From SAR86 cluster bacterium (lineage in GTDB: Bacteria > Pseudomonadota > Gammaproteobacteria > Magnimaribacterales > D2472), in NCBI GenBank assembly GCA_023703655.1, contig CP097973.1, forward strand, positions 170,663 through 234,662: a stretch of 64,000 bases of DNA, given 5' to 3'. The notes below the pieces were generated by a model. That model was not told the origin of the DNA. It did not search any database and saw only the letters and a program-made list of their open reading frames with translations. Below, one piece after another: positions 35,818-45,232 of this stretch (positions within the stretch are counted from its first letter, which is position 1; each line of letters opens with the position of its first letter). The translations under genes were made by a program, and so were the position numbers.

Positions 35818-35834
35818 TTGCGTCCTCAGGAGAA

Positions 35835-36155
35835 ATGATGTTTGCAGTTATTGAACAGGGTGGAAAACAGCATAGAGTTGAAGTTGGCTCTATGATTATT
35901 GTTGATAGAATTCCTACTGAGCGAAAGAAAAAGTTTTCGAATAAAAATGTATTGCTAATTGTTGATGATAAGAATGATATTAAAGTTGGAACACCTTACC
36001 TTGAAGATGTAGAAGTGGTAGGAGAAGTCATTGAAGAAATCAAAGACAAAAAGATTAATATATTGAGATTTAGAAGACGAAAACATAGTATGAGACGCCA
36101 AGGGCACAGACAAAGATTCACAAAGATCAAGATTAACGAAATTAAGCAAGGATAA
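35835..36155 (+). CDS. rplU: 50S ribosomal protein L21
   Basis: 106 aa: (M)MFAVIEQGGKQHRVEVG... The start could be the second ATG at 35838. Confidence 0.97.
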   Translation: MMFAVIEQGGKQHRVEVGSMIIVDRIPTERKKKFSNKNVLLIVDDKNDIKVGTPYLEDVEVVGEVIEEIKDKKINILRFRRRKHSMRRQGHRQRFTKIKINEIKQG

Positions 36156-36158
36156 TTC

Positions 36159-36416
36159 ATGGCACATAAAAAAGCTGGCGGCTCTAGTAAAAACGGTAGA
36201 GACTCGAATTCCAAAAGGCTCGGTGTAAAGAGATTTGGAGGTCAGTTTGTTAAGCCGGGTGAAATACTTATCAGACAAAGGGGCACTAATACGCATCCAG
36301 GTGTTAACGTAGGCATCGGAAAAGACCACACTTTGTTTGCCAAATCAGAGGGCACAGTAACTTTCTCTTACAAGGGGCCAAAAAAACGCAAATTTGTTAA
36401 CGTTTTTCCAAATTAA
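36159..36416 (+). CDS. rpmA: 50S ribosomal protein L27
   Basis: 85 aa: [28 protein letters not shown]... Confidence 0.99.
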   Translation: MAHKKAGGSSKNGRDSNSKRLGVKRFGGQFVKPGEILIRQRGTNTHPGVNVGIGKDHTLFAKSEGTVTFSYKGPKKRKFVNVFPN

Positions 36417-36431
36417 TTAACTGCGTCTTCA

Positions 36432-37430
36432 ATGAATTTCATCGATGAGTCTGTTCTCGAGATAAAGGCAGGTGATGGAGGATCAGGTTGTATTAGTTTT
36501 AGAAGGGAGAAATACATTCCTAAAGGTGGTCCCGATGGGGGTAACGGTGGAAAAGGCGGCAGTATAATATTTAGAACAGACCCTAGTTTAAATACACTTC
36601 TAGACTTTCAAAATAAAAAAATCATTCATGCTAAAAATGGTTTATCTGGCCAGGGAAGAAATAAATCTGGAACTAGTGCTAAAGATTTAATTATAAATGT
36701 ACCAGTGGGTACCATGATTTTTGACTATCATTCAAATACTTTAATTTATGATTGTGCATCGCCAAATGTTGAGTATTTATTGATTGAGGGCGGCAAAGGC
36801 GGAATGGGTAATAGTAACTTTAAAACGTCAACAAATCAGGCTCCTAGAAAATCTACAACTGGGGAAAAAGGCAGTGCTCTTAAGATTAGATTAGAGTTAA
36901 GATCTTTTGCTGATATTGGGTTAGTTGGACTTCCAAATGCCGGAAAGTCGACTTTTTTAGATGCTGTTTCATCTGCTAAACCGAAAATAGGAGATTATCC
37001 GTTTACCACCATCAAGCCTAATTTAGGCACCATAAAATATTTTGATAAATCATTCGTCTTTGCTGATATACCTGGCTTAATTGAAGGCGCGTCGCAGGGC
37101 ACTGGATTAGGAATAAAGTTCCTCAAGCATATTTCGCGAACGAAGGCTTTATTAATTTTTCTAGATCCACACAATACTGAATACGATTTTGAAAATCAGT
37201 TAAAAGTCCTAATCAATGAAATGAGACATTTTGATTCAAAACTGCTTCAGAAGGATATTTGGATAGTTTTGAACAAAATCGATACTGTTGATAACTTAGA
37301 TGAGAATCTTACTGCTATTGACAAATACATACCAAGTGAACTCAAAATACACCAAATACGAGGCATTTCTTCTATATCAAAACAGGGTGTAAAAGAGTTA
37401 TTTGACGAATTATTTAAAAAATTAACTTGA
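36432..37430 (+). CDS. obg: GTPase Obg/CgtA (short form with no C-terminal extension)
   Basis: 332 aa. The Obg fold is Gly-rich (KAGDGGSGCISFRREKYIPKGGPDGGNGGKGG). G domain GLPNAGKST, DIPG, NKID. Confidence 0.96.
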   Translation: MNFIDESVLEIKAGDGGSGCISFRREKYIPKGGPDGGNGGKGGSIIFRTDPSLNTLLDFQNKKIIHAKNGLSGQGRNKSGTSAKDLIINVPVGTMIFDYHSNTLIYDCASPNVEYLLIEGGKGGMGNSNFKTSTNQAPRKSTTGEKGSALKIRLELRSFADIGLVGLPNAGKSTFLDAVSSAKPKIGDYPFTTIKPNLGTIKYFDKSFVFADIPGLIEGASQGTGLGIKFLKHISRTKALLIFLDPHNTEYDFENQLKVLINEMRHFDSKLLQKDIWIVLNKIDTVDNLDENLTAIDKYIPSELKIHQIRGISSISKQGVKELFDELFKKLT

Positions 37431-37682
37431 TTTAATTTTTTTTAATAATCTGCTCTTTATTCTCGAGGATTTATTTCTATGTATCACTTTTTTTGATGCA
37501 AGTTTGTCTAGTGTTTTTTCTGCATTCTTAAACAAAGATTTTGCCTCATCAATCTTTTTCTCCTCAATTGCACTTAACACGGACTTCACAGCAGTTCTTG
37601 CCATGGATCTTTGAGCATGTTTAAGTTTATAACGAGTGCTATTTTGCCTCGCTCTTTTGATTGATTGCTTACTATTTGCCAT
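37422..37682 (-). CDS. rpsT: 30S ribosomal protein S20
   Basis: 86 aa: MANSKQSIKRARQN...KHAQRS... The 3' end overlaps the obg 3' end by 9 nt. Confidence 0.96.
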   Translation of the reverse strand: MANSKQSIKRARQNSTRYKLKHAQRSMARTAVKSVLSAIEEKKIDEAKSLFKNAEKTLDKLASKKVIHRNKSSRIKSRLLKKIKSS

Positions 37683-37729
37683 AAAAAAAGCAAGTTTAAT
37701 GATGTAATTGCATTATGTAAAGAGGAAAT

Positions 37730-38077
37730 TGGTGGAGGCGGCGGGTATCGAACCCGCGTCCGCTCATCCTTCAACCTAACTTCTACATGCTTAGCTTATT
37801 TACAATCTTTATCCTAAGCTATCCAATAAGCAGGAACTTAGGACTAGTCTGTGAATAATATTCAAGATTTCACGTACAGACACCGTAAGCTCTCTAGGCT
37901 GTGAAATTCCCATTGCTTCTAATCACAGCCAATTATTACAATGGTTAGCCAATTAAGCGGCTAAAGCGTAGTTGTCGTTATTTGCAACTATTTATTTGTG
38001 ATATGTTTTACAAGATTTATCACATTCTTGGCATGCGTTTTGGAGTCCAGTATAAACGTCGAATCCAATTCGCCCCC
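37730..38077 (-). ncRNA. ssrA: tmRNA (SsrA), tag peptide ANNDNYALAA
   Basis: The reverse strand starts GGGGGCGAATTGGATTCGACG and ends GCGGGTTCGATACCCGCCGCCTCCACCA. That gives a tRNA-Ala-like acceptor with a G3:U pair, a T-arm and CCA. The tag frame GCA AAT AAC GAC AAC TAC GCT TTA GCC GCT TAA lies at 37985-37953. Sits directly downstream of smpB. Confidence 0.93.
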
Positions 38078-38111
38078 GGGTTGTGAATTATATATTAAAA
38101 CTTAAAAAAAT

Positions 38112-38573
38112 TTATTTTCTTAAGGATTTTTTTATTGCTCTTGCCTTATCTCTTTCCCAGTCTCGTTTTTTTATATCTTCCCTTTGATCAAATTTTTTCT
38201 TACCTTTTCCAAGAGCAATATCACATTTCACAAGATTTTGACTCCAATAAATCTTTTCAAGGACGCAAGTCTCACCTTTTTTTGTAATAGAATCTTTAAG
38301 ATTAGTAATTTCCTTTTTTTTCAGCAATAGTTTTCTAGATCGCATAATGTCAACTTCTTGATTCAGTGAAGCAGGCACATCTATTTTTAATCCTATTACC
38401 CATGCTTCGTTATTTTTTAGCCTTACATAAGAGTTTTTTAAATCAATTTTGCCCTGTCTTATACTTTTTACTTCCCAACCATCTAAAACAATTCCAGCCT
38501 GAAAAGTCTCATTTAATGAAAAGTTTCTTCTGGCATTTTTATTTATAATAATGTTTTTGCTATCTTTACCCAT
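38112..38573 (-). CDS. smpB: SsrA-binding protein SmpB
   Basis: 153 aa: ...NKNARRNFSLNETFQAGIVLDGWEVKSIR... Confidence 0.97.
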   Translation of the reverse strand: MGKDSKNIIINKNARRNFSLNETFQAGIVLDGWEVKSIRQGKIDLKNSYVRLKNNEAWVIGLKIDVPASLNQEVDIMRSRKLLLKKKEITNLKDSITKKGETCVLEKIYWSQNLVKCDIALGKGKKKFDQREDIKKRDWERDKARAIKKSLRK

Positions 38574-38608
38574 TTTGAACAGATGTAATTAAACTCATTA
38601 TATTAAAA

Positions 38609-39064
38609 ATGAATTCAATACCAATTAAAAATCAATTCATTTATTTAGGTGTAGCTTTTTTTATTCTTTTATCAGTCATGCCATGGATAACTGTTAAAGA
38701 GCTTAGCTTTAAAATAATCCATTTTTATACAATCTACTTTGGAGTTGTAAATACCTTCATTGGTGGAACCTTTTGGTGGAATTCAGGCCTTAAAGATTCA
38801 AATTATATTCATCTCACTTCAATAACTGCATCCTTAATAGCTTGTTTTGCAATTTTTATTTCTCTGAATAGCATAGCCTTATCAATTTTAATTAATTTGA
38901 TGCTATTAAATTTATTATCGCTTTACGAAAATAATTTTTTACGTGATAAAGTTAAGTTTCACAATTACATTGATACAAGAAAAATGGCAACTTATTTGGT
39001 TACACTCACAGCAATTTTGCAAATAGCATTCTTGTTTAATCCATATTTAACTAATTTCTCATGA
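38609..39064 (+). CDS. hypothetical small integral membrane protein (possibly DUF3429-like)
   Basis: 151 aa with about five hydrophobic segments. The motif ...YFGVVNTFIGGTFWW... recalls the DUF3429 pattern as I remember it. Its stop overlaps the next gene's start (ATGA). The family assignment is unverified. Confidence 0.6.
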   Translation: MNSIPIKNQFIYLGVAFFILLSVMPWITVKELSFKIIHFYTIYFGVVNTFIGGTFWWNSGLKDSNYIHLTSITASLIACFAIFISLNSIALSILINLMLLNLLSLYENNFLRDKVKFHNYIDTRKMATYLVTLTAILQIAFLFNPYLTNFS

Positions 39065-40401
39065 GTAAACAATCTTTAGTTTGGATAGGAAAATGGACTT
39101 TTATTCTTGCAGCTGCAGGATCTGCTGTTGGACTTGGCAACATTTGGGGTTTCCCATATAAAGCTGGTACAAATGGAGGTGGCGCTTTTGTATTAATTTA
39201 TCTTTTCTGTATCTTGATAATTGGCTTACCTATCATGATGGCAGAGATTATGATTGGAAGAAGTTCACAAAAAAGTCCTGTCAATGCTATGAGATTGAGT
39301 GCTGAAAAGTCTGATCAATCGCCATCATGGAGATTTGTAGGATGGGGAGGTCTTATTTCAGGTCTACTGATTCTTTCATTTTATAGTGTATTGGCAGGAA
39401 TATGCCTTGATTATATATTTATATCTGGAACTGACTCGGGTGGGATGTCAACAACAGAAAAATTCGCCAGCCAAACTGCATCAGTTTCAAAATTATTATT
39501 TTGGCACACGGCATTCATACTTATGAACATAATAATTATAGGTGCAGGAGTGGTATCTGGAATTGAAAGAATTGTAAGGTTATTAATGCCAATGTTATTT
39601 GTTTTAATGATAGTTATGGTAGTAAATTCAATAATAAACGGAGACTTTGCAAGAGGCTTAAGTTTCTTGTTCGCACCAAATTTTTCTGATGTAACTCCTG
39701 CAACATTCTTGAGTGCAATGGGACAAGCATTTTTTAGTTTAAGTTTGGGGATGGGTTCGATAATGTGTTACGGAGCTTATATGCCAAAAGATGAAAATGT
39801 TTTTAATACTTCACTAACAGTTTGTGGGTTAGATACCCTTATTGCAATTATGGCTGGACTTGCAATATTCCCAATAATTTTTGCGTATGGACTTGAACCA
39901 GATGCAGGTCCAAGTCTTGTATTTATTAGTTTGCTTTCTGTTTTCTGGGATATGCCTTTTGGTAATTTTATTGGACCTGTTTTCTTTATATTATTATCTG
40001 TGGCTGCATTAAGTAGTTCCATATCATTACTTGAGCCTAGTGTCGCATTCTTATCGGAAGAAAAAATCTTTTCAAGAAAATCAGCATCTATAATTCTTGG
40101 TTTAATTGCTTGGTTTCTGGGAATTGGTAGTTTGTTAAGTTTTAATTTATGGAGTGAGGTAAATATTATTGGGGACTTGAACTTCCTGAACTCAATGGAT
40201 TTTTTAGCAAATCAATTCCTAATGCCCCTAGGTGGGATGTTCGTAGCGATATTTGCTGGCTGGTTCTTATCAACAAAAATTATTAAAGAAGAGCTTGAGC
40301 CTGGTCAAAAGAAAATATTTATAGTTTGGAGGTTTTTTATCAAGTTTATAAGTCCAACGCTTGTTGCATTAATTTTTATCAATCAACTTTTCTTCAGTTG
40401 A
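39061..40401 (+). CDS. sodium-dependent transporter, neurotransmitter:sodium symporter (NSS/SNF) family
   Basis: 446 aa, multi-TM. N-terminal NSS signature ...AAAGSAVGLGNIWGFPYKAGTNGGGAFVLIY... Substrate unknown. Confidence 0.9.
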   Translation: MSKQSLVWIGKWTFILAAAGSAVGLGNIWGFPYKAGTNGGGAFVLIYLFCILIIGLPIMMAEIMIGRSSQKSPVNAMRLSAEKSDQSPSWRFVGWGGLISGLLILSFYSVLAGICLDYIFISGTDSGGMSTTEKFASQTASVSKLLFWHTAFILMNIIIIGAGVVSGIERIVRLLMPMLFVLMIVMVVNSIINGDFARGLSFLFAPNFSDVTPATFLSAMGQAFFSLSLGMGSIMCYGAYMPKDENVFNTSLTVCGLDTLIAIMAGLAIFPIIFAYGLEPDAGPSLVFISLLSVFWDMPFGNFIGPVFFILLSVAALSSSISLLEPSVAFLSEEKIFSRKSASIILGLIAWFLGIGSLLSFNLWSEVNIIGDLNFLNSMDFLANQFLMPLGGMFVAIFAGWFLSTKIIKEELEPGQKKIFIVWRFFIKFISPTLVALIFINQLFFS

Positions 40402-40820
40402 AAAAAGTTATTAAAGAAGAGATATATTTAAACGCCAAAATCACCGATATCTTTAGATTGATAGAAAATTATGAAAATTACGAAAATTTCATTCCAGGTT
40501 GCAAGTCCTCATCAAAAAAGGCTATTTCAGAATCTGTAAGTCAAGGGACTTTAAATTTTGAATTTCTAAATAAAAGATATAGGTTTGTATCTTTAAACAA
40601 CTCTACTGAAGATAGAATTGAGATGAAACAATTAGATGGTCCTTTCAAAAGTTTTTTTGCACATTGGAAATTTGAATCAATTGATGAATTGAAAACAAAG
40701 GTTCAATTTTATGCAGAATTTGAAACAGGTTTTGTAATGAGCGTTATCCTGAATGATTTTATGATAAATAATCTAAAGGAATTAATGATACACACCCTAA
40801 AAAAACAATTAAATATATAG
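40398..40820 (+). CDS. ratA: SRPBCC/START-fold protein, RatA (YfjG/PasT, CoQ10-like) family
   Basis: I prefer the TTG at 40398, which overlaps the transporter stop and gives MKKVIKEEIYLNAKITDIF...NFIPGCKSS...LDGPFKSFFAHWKF... This aligns with E. coli RatA (…YPQFLPGC…, …VDGPFKKLIGGWKF…). The track start at 40326 lies inside the transporter gene. Confidence 0.75.
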   Translation: MKKVIKEEIYLNAKITDIFRLIENYENYENFIPGCKSSSKKAISESVSQGTLNFEFLNKRYRFVSLNNSTEDRIEMKQLDGPFKSFFAHWKFESIDELKTKVQFYAEFETGFVMSVILNDFMINNLKELMIHTLKKQLNI

Positions 40821-40823
40821 TTG

Positions 40824-41153
40824 TTATTCATCAATTGCATCTTCTAGATTCCAACTATCAAGAAGATTATCTAAATCGTATAGCAATGTGAGTTTTCTTT
40901 CTCCAAAATTTTGATTGCCAATCTTAATTGAGTAAAAATAATCCCATCTATTAGACTGCAATGGAGAGCTAGCTAGAGGTGTACCTAATATGTATAAAAC
41001 TTGATCTTTAGTAAGTCCAGGTCGCAGTTTTTCAATATCTTTATCTTCAATGATGTTGCCCTGCAACACAGGCACTTTATATGGACTCAGGGACGTACAT
41101 CCTGAAATTAACAAAGAACTAAGAATAAAAGTAAAGACAATTAATTGCTTCAT
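40824..41153 (-). CDS. bamE: outer-membrane protein assembly factor BamE (SmpA/OmlA lipoprotein)
   Basis: 109 aa. Lipobox LLISGC, then ...VLQGNIIEDKDIEKLRPGLTKDQVLYILGTP... Divergent from fur, like omlA/fur in Pseudomonas. Confidence 0.9.
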   Translation of the reverse strand: MKQLIVFTFILSSLLISGCTSLSPYKVPVLQGNIIEDKDIEKLRPGLTKDQVLYILGTPLASSPLQSNRWDYFYSIKIGNQNFGERKLTLLYDLDNLLDSWNLEDAIDE

Positions 41154-41193
41154 AAAATCAAATCATTATACTTTATATTTATAACTCGCAGCC

Positions 41194-41625
41194 ATGAATA
41201 AAGAGAACAACGAACTTAAAAAAGCAGGCTTAAAAGCTACGTTACCCAGGATTAGAATTCTTGAGGCATTAGATTCACATGGTAAAGAACGTATTAACAG
41301 TGAACATCACTTAAGTGCAGAAGACATTTATAAGCAGCTTTTAAGTTCTGGTGAGGATGTTGGCCTAGCAACTGTATATAGGGTACTAAGCCAATTTGAA
41401 GCTGCAGGAATTGTTAAAAGACATAATTTTGAAGAGGGCCTATCAGTTTATGAAATTGCTGAAGATGAGCATCATGATCACATGATTTGCGTTGATACAG
41501 GCGCTGTAAATGAATTCTCAGATGAGTTAATTGAAGAAAGACAGAAGCTTATTGCAGAAAAATATGGTTATGAGCTTGTTGATCACACAATGGTACTTTA
41601 CGTCAAACCAATTTCAAAAAAATAA
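41194..41625 (+). CDS. fur: ferric uptake regulator Fur (Pseudomonas-type, lacking the Cys4 structural Zn site)
   Basis: 143 aa: ...LKKAGLKATLPRIRILE...GLATVYRVLSQFEAAGIV...HHDHMICVDTGAV.EF... Confidence 0.95.
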   Translation: MNKENNELKKAGLKATLPRIRILEALDSHGKERINSEHHLSAEDIYKQLLSSGEDVGLATVYRVLSQFEAAGIVKRHNFEEGLSVYEIAEDEHHDHMICVDTGAVNEFSDELIEERQKLIAEKYGYELVDHTMVLYVKPISKK

Positions 41626-41628
41626 TTA

Positions 41629-41658
41629 CTTGAACATTTAGCCTTATGCCCCCATATA
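41629..41658 (+). promoter_or_regulatory. sigma32 (heat-shock) type promoter for grpE-dnaK-dnaJ: CTTGAAC-N13/14-CCCCATATA
   Basis: CTTGAA at 41629-41634 and CCCCCATATA at 41649-41658. This is a close match to the RpoH consensus CTTGAAA-N13-15-CCCCATNT, placed directly upstream of grpE. Confidence 0.6.
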
Positions 41659-41674
41659 AATTTATGGGTGAGGT

Positions 41675-42217
41675 ATGACAAAAAAAAGGCACAAAAACGG
41701 TAAAACTGATGTAAATCATGATCTTGATTCAAGTAATGATGCTGATGTACAACTTGACGAATCCATAACTATTGATGACGACAATCAAGAGATCAACGAA
41801 CTAAATGATAAGCTTTTAAGATCAAGGGCGGAACTTGAAAATTTCAAAAAAAGGCACGAAACAGAAGTTGAGAAAGCACTAAAATTTGGGGTTGAATCTC
41901 TTTTGGTTGAACTTGTTTCTGTAGTTGACAATCTAGAGAGGGCTATCAGCAGTTTCAGTAAGGATTCAAATCAGGAAGACAGGGAAGGCATTGATCTTAC
42001 TTTAAAGTCTTTTGAATCCACCCTTGAAAAATTCAATATGCGACCTATAAATCCTTTGAATGAGAATTTTAATCCTGAACAACATGAAGCAGTTGGAACA
42101 GTGAAACAGAATGATTCAGAAGAAAATTCTGTAATTGAAGTTCTCCAAAGAGGTTGGCAATTACACAACAGAACTGTAAGGCCTGCTAGGGTTATTGTTG
42201 TTAAAAATGAGGAGTAA
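41675..42217 (+). CDS. grpE: nucleotide exchange factor GrpE
   Basis: 180 aa: ...LLRSRAELENFKKR... and C-terminal ...VLQRGWQLHNRTVRPARVIV. Confidence 0.96.
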   Translation: MTKKRHKNGKTDVNHDLDSSNDADVQLDESITIDDDNQEINELNDKLLRSRAELENFKKRHETEVEKALKFGVESLLVELVSVVDNLERAISSFSKDSNQEDREGIDLTLKSFESTLEKFNMRPINPLNENFNPEQHEAVGTVKQNDSEENSVIEVLQRGWQLHNRTVRPARVIVVKNEE

Positions 42218-42220
42218 TTT

Positions 42221-44134
42221 ATGGCTAAAATAATTGGAATTGACTTAGGTACAACCAACAGCTGTTTGGCAGTTGTAGAGGCTCAAAGTCCGAAAATAAT
42301 TGAAAATGCTGAAGGTGGGAGGACAACTCCATCTGTTATAGCATATACAGATGATTCTGAGGTTTTAGTTGGTACGCCTGCGAAGAGACAGGCCGTTACA
42401 AATCCAGAAAATACCATCTATGCAATCAAAAGATTGATTGGTAGGAGATTTGATGACGATGTGGTGAAGAAAGACATCGACATGGTTCCTTATGAAATTA
42501 TGAAGGCCAAGAATGGCGATGCATGGGTACGCGCTAAAAATAAAGAGCTTGCTCCACCACAAGTTTCTGCCGAAGTTTTAAAGAAATTAAAGAAAAGCGC
42601 TGAAGATTATCTTGGTCATGAAGTAAAAGAGGCTGTAATCACTGTGCCAGCCTATTTTAATGACTCACAAAGGCAAGCTACAAAAGATGCCGGAAAAATT
42701 GCAGGGTTGGATGTAAAGAGAATAATCAATGAGCCAACGGCTGCAGCTCTTGCATATGGACTTGATAAAAATAAAGGCGACTCTACTGTAGCTGTATATG
42801 ATTTAGGTGGTGGTACATTTGATATTTCTATAATCGAAATATCTGAAGTAGATGGTGAGCATCAGTTCGAGGTATTATCAACAAATGGAGATACTTTTTT
42901 AGGTGGTGAGGATTTTGATTTAAAAATTATTGATTACCTTGTGGATGAATTCAAAAAGGAGTCTGGCTTTGATCTGAAAAGTGATCCATTAGCTTTGCAA
43001 AGATTAAAAGAAGGTGCAGAGAAGGCAAAAATTGAACTTTCAACCAGCGAACAGACAGAAATCAATTTACCCTACATTACTGCAGATGCCTCAGGTCCGA
43101 AACATTTTGTTCATAAAATTACTAGGGCAAAACTCGAAGGATTGGTCGATGATCTTGTCAGAAAAAGCTTAAAACCCGTGCAACTTGCTCTTGATGATGC
43201 AAAATTAAAAGTCAAAGATATTGATGAAATTTTACTTGTTGGTGGTCAAACAAGAATGCCTCTTGTGCAAAAAATGGTAAAGGACTTTTTCTCTAAAGAA
43301 CCAAAAAGAGATCTTAATCCAGATGAAGCTGTTGCCATGGGTGCAGCAATTCAAGGATCTGTTTTGTCCGGAGATACAAAAGATGTATTGTTGCTTGATG
43401 TTACTCCACTTACTTTAGGCATTGAAACACTTGGTGGGGTTGCTACTCCTCTTATTGAGAAGAATACAACAATCCCAACACAAAAATCACAGGTATTTTC
43501 TACAGCTGAAGATAATCAATCAGCTGTAACTGTGCACGTAATACAAGGTGAAAGAAAGCAAGCAAATCAAAATAAATCGTTAGGGCAGTTCAATCTTGAA
43601 GATATTCCTCCAGCACCAAGAGGAATGCCACAAATTGAGGTCTCATTTGATCTAGATGCTAATGGGATTCTAAATGTATCTGCAAAGGATAAAAAAACTG
43701 GCAAAGAGCAGTCAATTGTAATAAAAGCTTCAAGTGGTCTTTCAGATGATGATATAGAAAACATGATTAAAGATGCAGAAGCAAATGCTGAAGAAGATAA
43801 GAAATTCGAAGGCTTGGTTCAAGCTAAAAATAATGCAGACATGCTTCTTCACGCAACTAGGAAAACAATAGATGAGTCAGGTGATTCTTTAACTGATGAT
43901 GAAAAATCTTCCGTTGAAGGGGCACTCACTTCATTAGAAGAGGCTGTGAAATCTGAGGATCTTGAAAAAATTGAATCAGCTACTAAAGACCTCAACGATG
44001 CGCTGACTCCATTATCTGAAAAACTGTATAAGCAATCTGAAGATTCATCAGAGAGTCCGACTCCTGAAGACGCACCTGATGAAAATACTGTTGATGCTGA
44101 ATTTGAAGAAGTTAAAGAAGAAGAACAAAAATAA
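42221..44134 (+). CDS. dnaK: molecular chaperone DnaK (Hsp70)
   Basis: 637 aa: [18 protein letters not shown], and the rest of the Hsp70 pattern. Confidence 0.99.
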   Translation: MAKIIGIDLGTTNSCLAVVEAQSPKIIENAEGGRTTPSVIAYTDDSEVLVGTPAKRQAVTNPENTIYAIKRLIGRRFDDDVVKKDIDMVPYEIMKAKNGDAWVRAKNKELAPPQVSAEVLKKLKKSAEDYLGHEVKEAVITVPAYFNDSQRQATKDAGKIAGLDVKRIINEPTAAALAYGLDKNKGDSTVAVYDLGGGTFDISIIEISEVDGEHQFEVLSTNGDTFLGGEDFDLKIIDYLVDEFKKESGFDLKSDPLALQRLKEGAEKAKIELSTSEQTEINLPYITADASGPKHFVHKITRAKLEGLVDDLVRKSLKPVQLALDDAKLKVKDIDEILLVGGQTRMPLVQKMVKDFFSKEPKRDLNPDEAVAMGAAIQGSVLSGDTKDVLLLDVTPLTLGIETLGGVATPLIEKNTTIPTQKSQVFSTAEDNQSAVTVHVIQGERKQANQNKSLGQFNLEDIPPAPRGMPQIEVSFDLDANGILNVSAKDKKTGKEQSIVIKASSGLSDDDIENMIKDAEANAEEDKKFEGLVQAKNNADMLLHATRKTIDESGDSLTDDEKSSVEGALTSLEEAVKSEDLEKIESATKDLNDALTPLSEKLYKQSEDSSESPTPEDAPDENTVDAEFEEVKEEEQK

Positions 44135-44136
44135 AC

Positions 44137-45231
44137 ATGTCTAAAAGAGACTATTATGATGTTCTAGGAGTCTCTCGATCTGCCTCGGATAATGAGCTAA
44201 AAAAAGCATTCAAAAAGCTTGCAATGAAGTATCATCCCGATCGTAATCCAGATGACAAGCAGGCTGCAGAGAAATTTAAGGAGGCAGCAGAAGCTTACGA
44301 GGTTTTATCTGATCAAGAGAAAAAGGCTGCTTATGACCAATTTGGACACAGTGGTGTTTCTGGAGCAGGTCAAGCAGGCTTCCAAGATTTTGATTTTGGA
44401 GATATTTTTGGAGATTTATTTGGAGATGTTTTTGGAGGGAGAACTCAGTCAAGGACCAGAAGAGGTAATGATCTTCAATTTAAGCTTGATCTTAATTTAA
44501 AAGAAGCAATATTTGGTATCAAAAGACAAATTACTATCCCTAAACAAGTTGGTTGTAATAATTGTAATGGAAGTGGAGCTAAACCTGGATCAAGTCCCTC
44601 AGTGTGTAGTCAATGTAACGGTTCAGGACAAATCCGGATGCAACAAGGATTTTTCTCAGTTCAGCAAACGTGCAGCACCTGCAGAGGTCAGGGAAGCATA
44701 ATCAAAGATGTATGCGTTTCATGTGGCGGTAGTGGGATTGTTAATAAAGAAAAGACCTTGTCAATCTCTATACCACCTGGAGTAGACCAAGGCGATAAAG
44801 TTAGACTATCAGGAGAAGGTAATGATGTTCGAGGAGGAACTAGTGGCGACCTTTATGTTATTGTAAATATATTGCCTAACAAACTTTTTGAAAGGGATGG
44901 TAGGGATCTCTACTGTGAAGCACCAATTAAATTTGAGACAGCAGTTCTAGGTGGCTCAATTAAGATACCTACATTAGAATCATATATTTCACTAAAGATA
45001 CCAGCTTCAACACAAACTGGAAAAATATTTAGAGTGCAAGGAAAAGGGGCAACCTCTGTGCATGATTCCAGAAGAGGTGACTTACTATGCAGAGTAGTTG
45101 TAGAAACCCCTGAGAATTTATCAAGTGCACAAATAGATGTTTTTAAGGAACTATCTAATCAAACTAATGACAAGAATTATCCAATTAGTAAGTCTTTTGC
45201 TTCTGCGGCAGATGATTTTGTAAAGTCATAA
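44137..45231 (+). CDS. dnaJ: co-chaperone DnaJ (Hsp40)
   Basis: 364 aa. J domain with HPDRN, a G/F region, and four CxxCxGxG zinc-finger repeats. Confidence 0.98.
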   Translation: MSKRDYYDVLGVSRSASDNELKKAFKKLAMKYHPDRNPDDKQAAEKFKEAAEAYEVLSDQEKKAAYDQFGHSGVSGAGQAGFQDFDFGDIFGDLFGDVFGGRTQSRTRRGNDLQFKLDLNLKEAIFGIKRQITIPKQVGCNNCNGSGAKPGSSPSVCSQCNGSGQIRMQQGFFSVQQTCSTCRGQGSIIKDVCVSCGGSGIVNKEKTLSISIPPGVDQGDKVRLSGEGNDVRGGTSGDLYVIVNILPNKLFERDGRDLYCEAPIKFETAVLGGSIKIPTLESYISLKIPASTQTGKIFRVQGKGATSVHDSRRGDLLCRVVVETPENLSSAQIDVFKELSNQTNDKNYPISKSFASAADDFVKS

Positions 45232-45232
45232 A

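Noticed and set aside
37683-37730. Genomic island integrated at the tmRNA 3' end, or at any of the three tRNAs
   Set aside because: tmRNA and tRNA 3' ends are classic integration sites. Here ssrA is followed within 47 nt by rpsT, and the tRNAs are flanked by tuf and secE. There is no integrase, no direct repeat of the 3' end and no foreign-looking DNA.
41152-41171. Possible Fur box (AAATCAAATCATTATA) in the bamE/fur divergent spacer
   Set aside because: Only about 11 of 19 positions match GATAATGATAATCATTATC, essentially just the right half-site. That is easily obtained by chance in AT-rich intergenic DNA. Not reported as a feature.
44398-44440. Short tandem repeats: GGAGAT(N6) x3 in dnaJ, and GAAAATTAT/GAAAATTAC/GAAAATTTC at 40464-40490 in ratA
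   Set aside because: Both are in-frame coding repeats. The first encodes the normal Gly/Phe-rich linker [14 protein letters not shown] of DnaJ and the second an ENYENYENF stretch in RatA. They are too short and too few to be CRISPR or regulatory arrays.
44252-44701. Same-strand alternative-frame ORFs inside dnaJ (82 and 62 aa), plus 9167-9382 in rpoB and 56394-56582 in lpxD
   Set aside because: They are embedded in well-conserved coding frames, have no ribosome-binding sites and give compositionally odd products. Nothing suggests frameshifting or nested genes.
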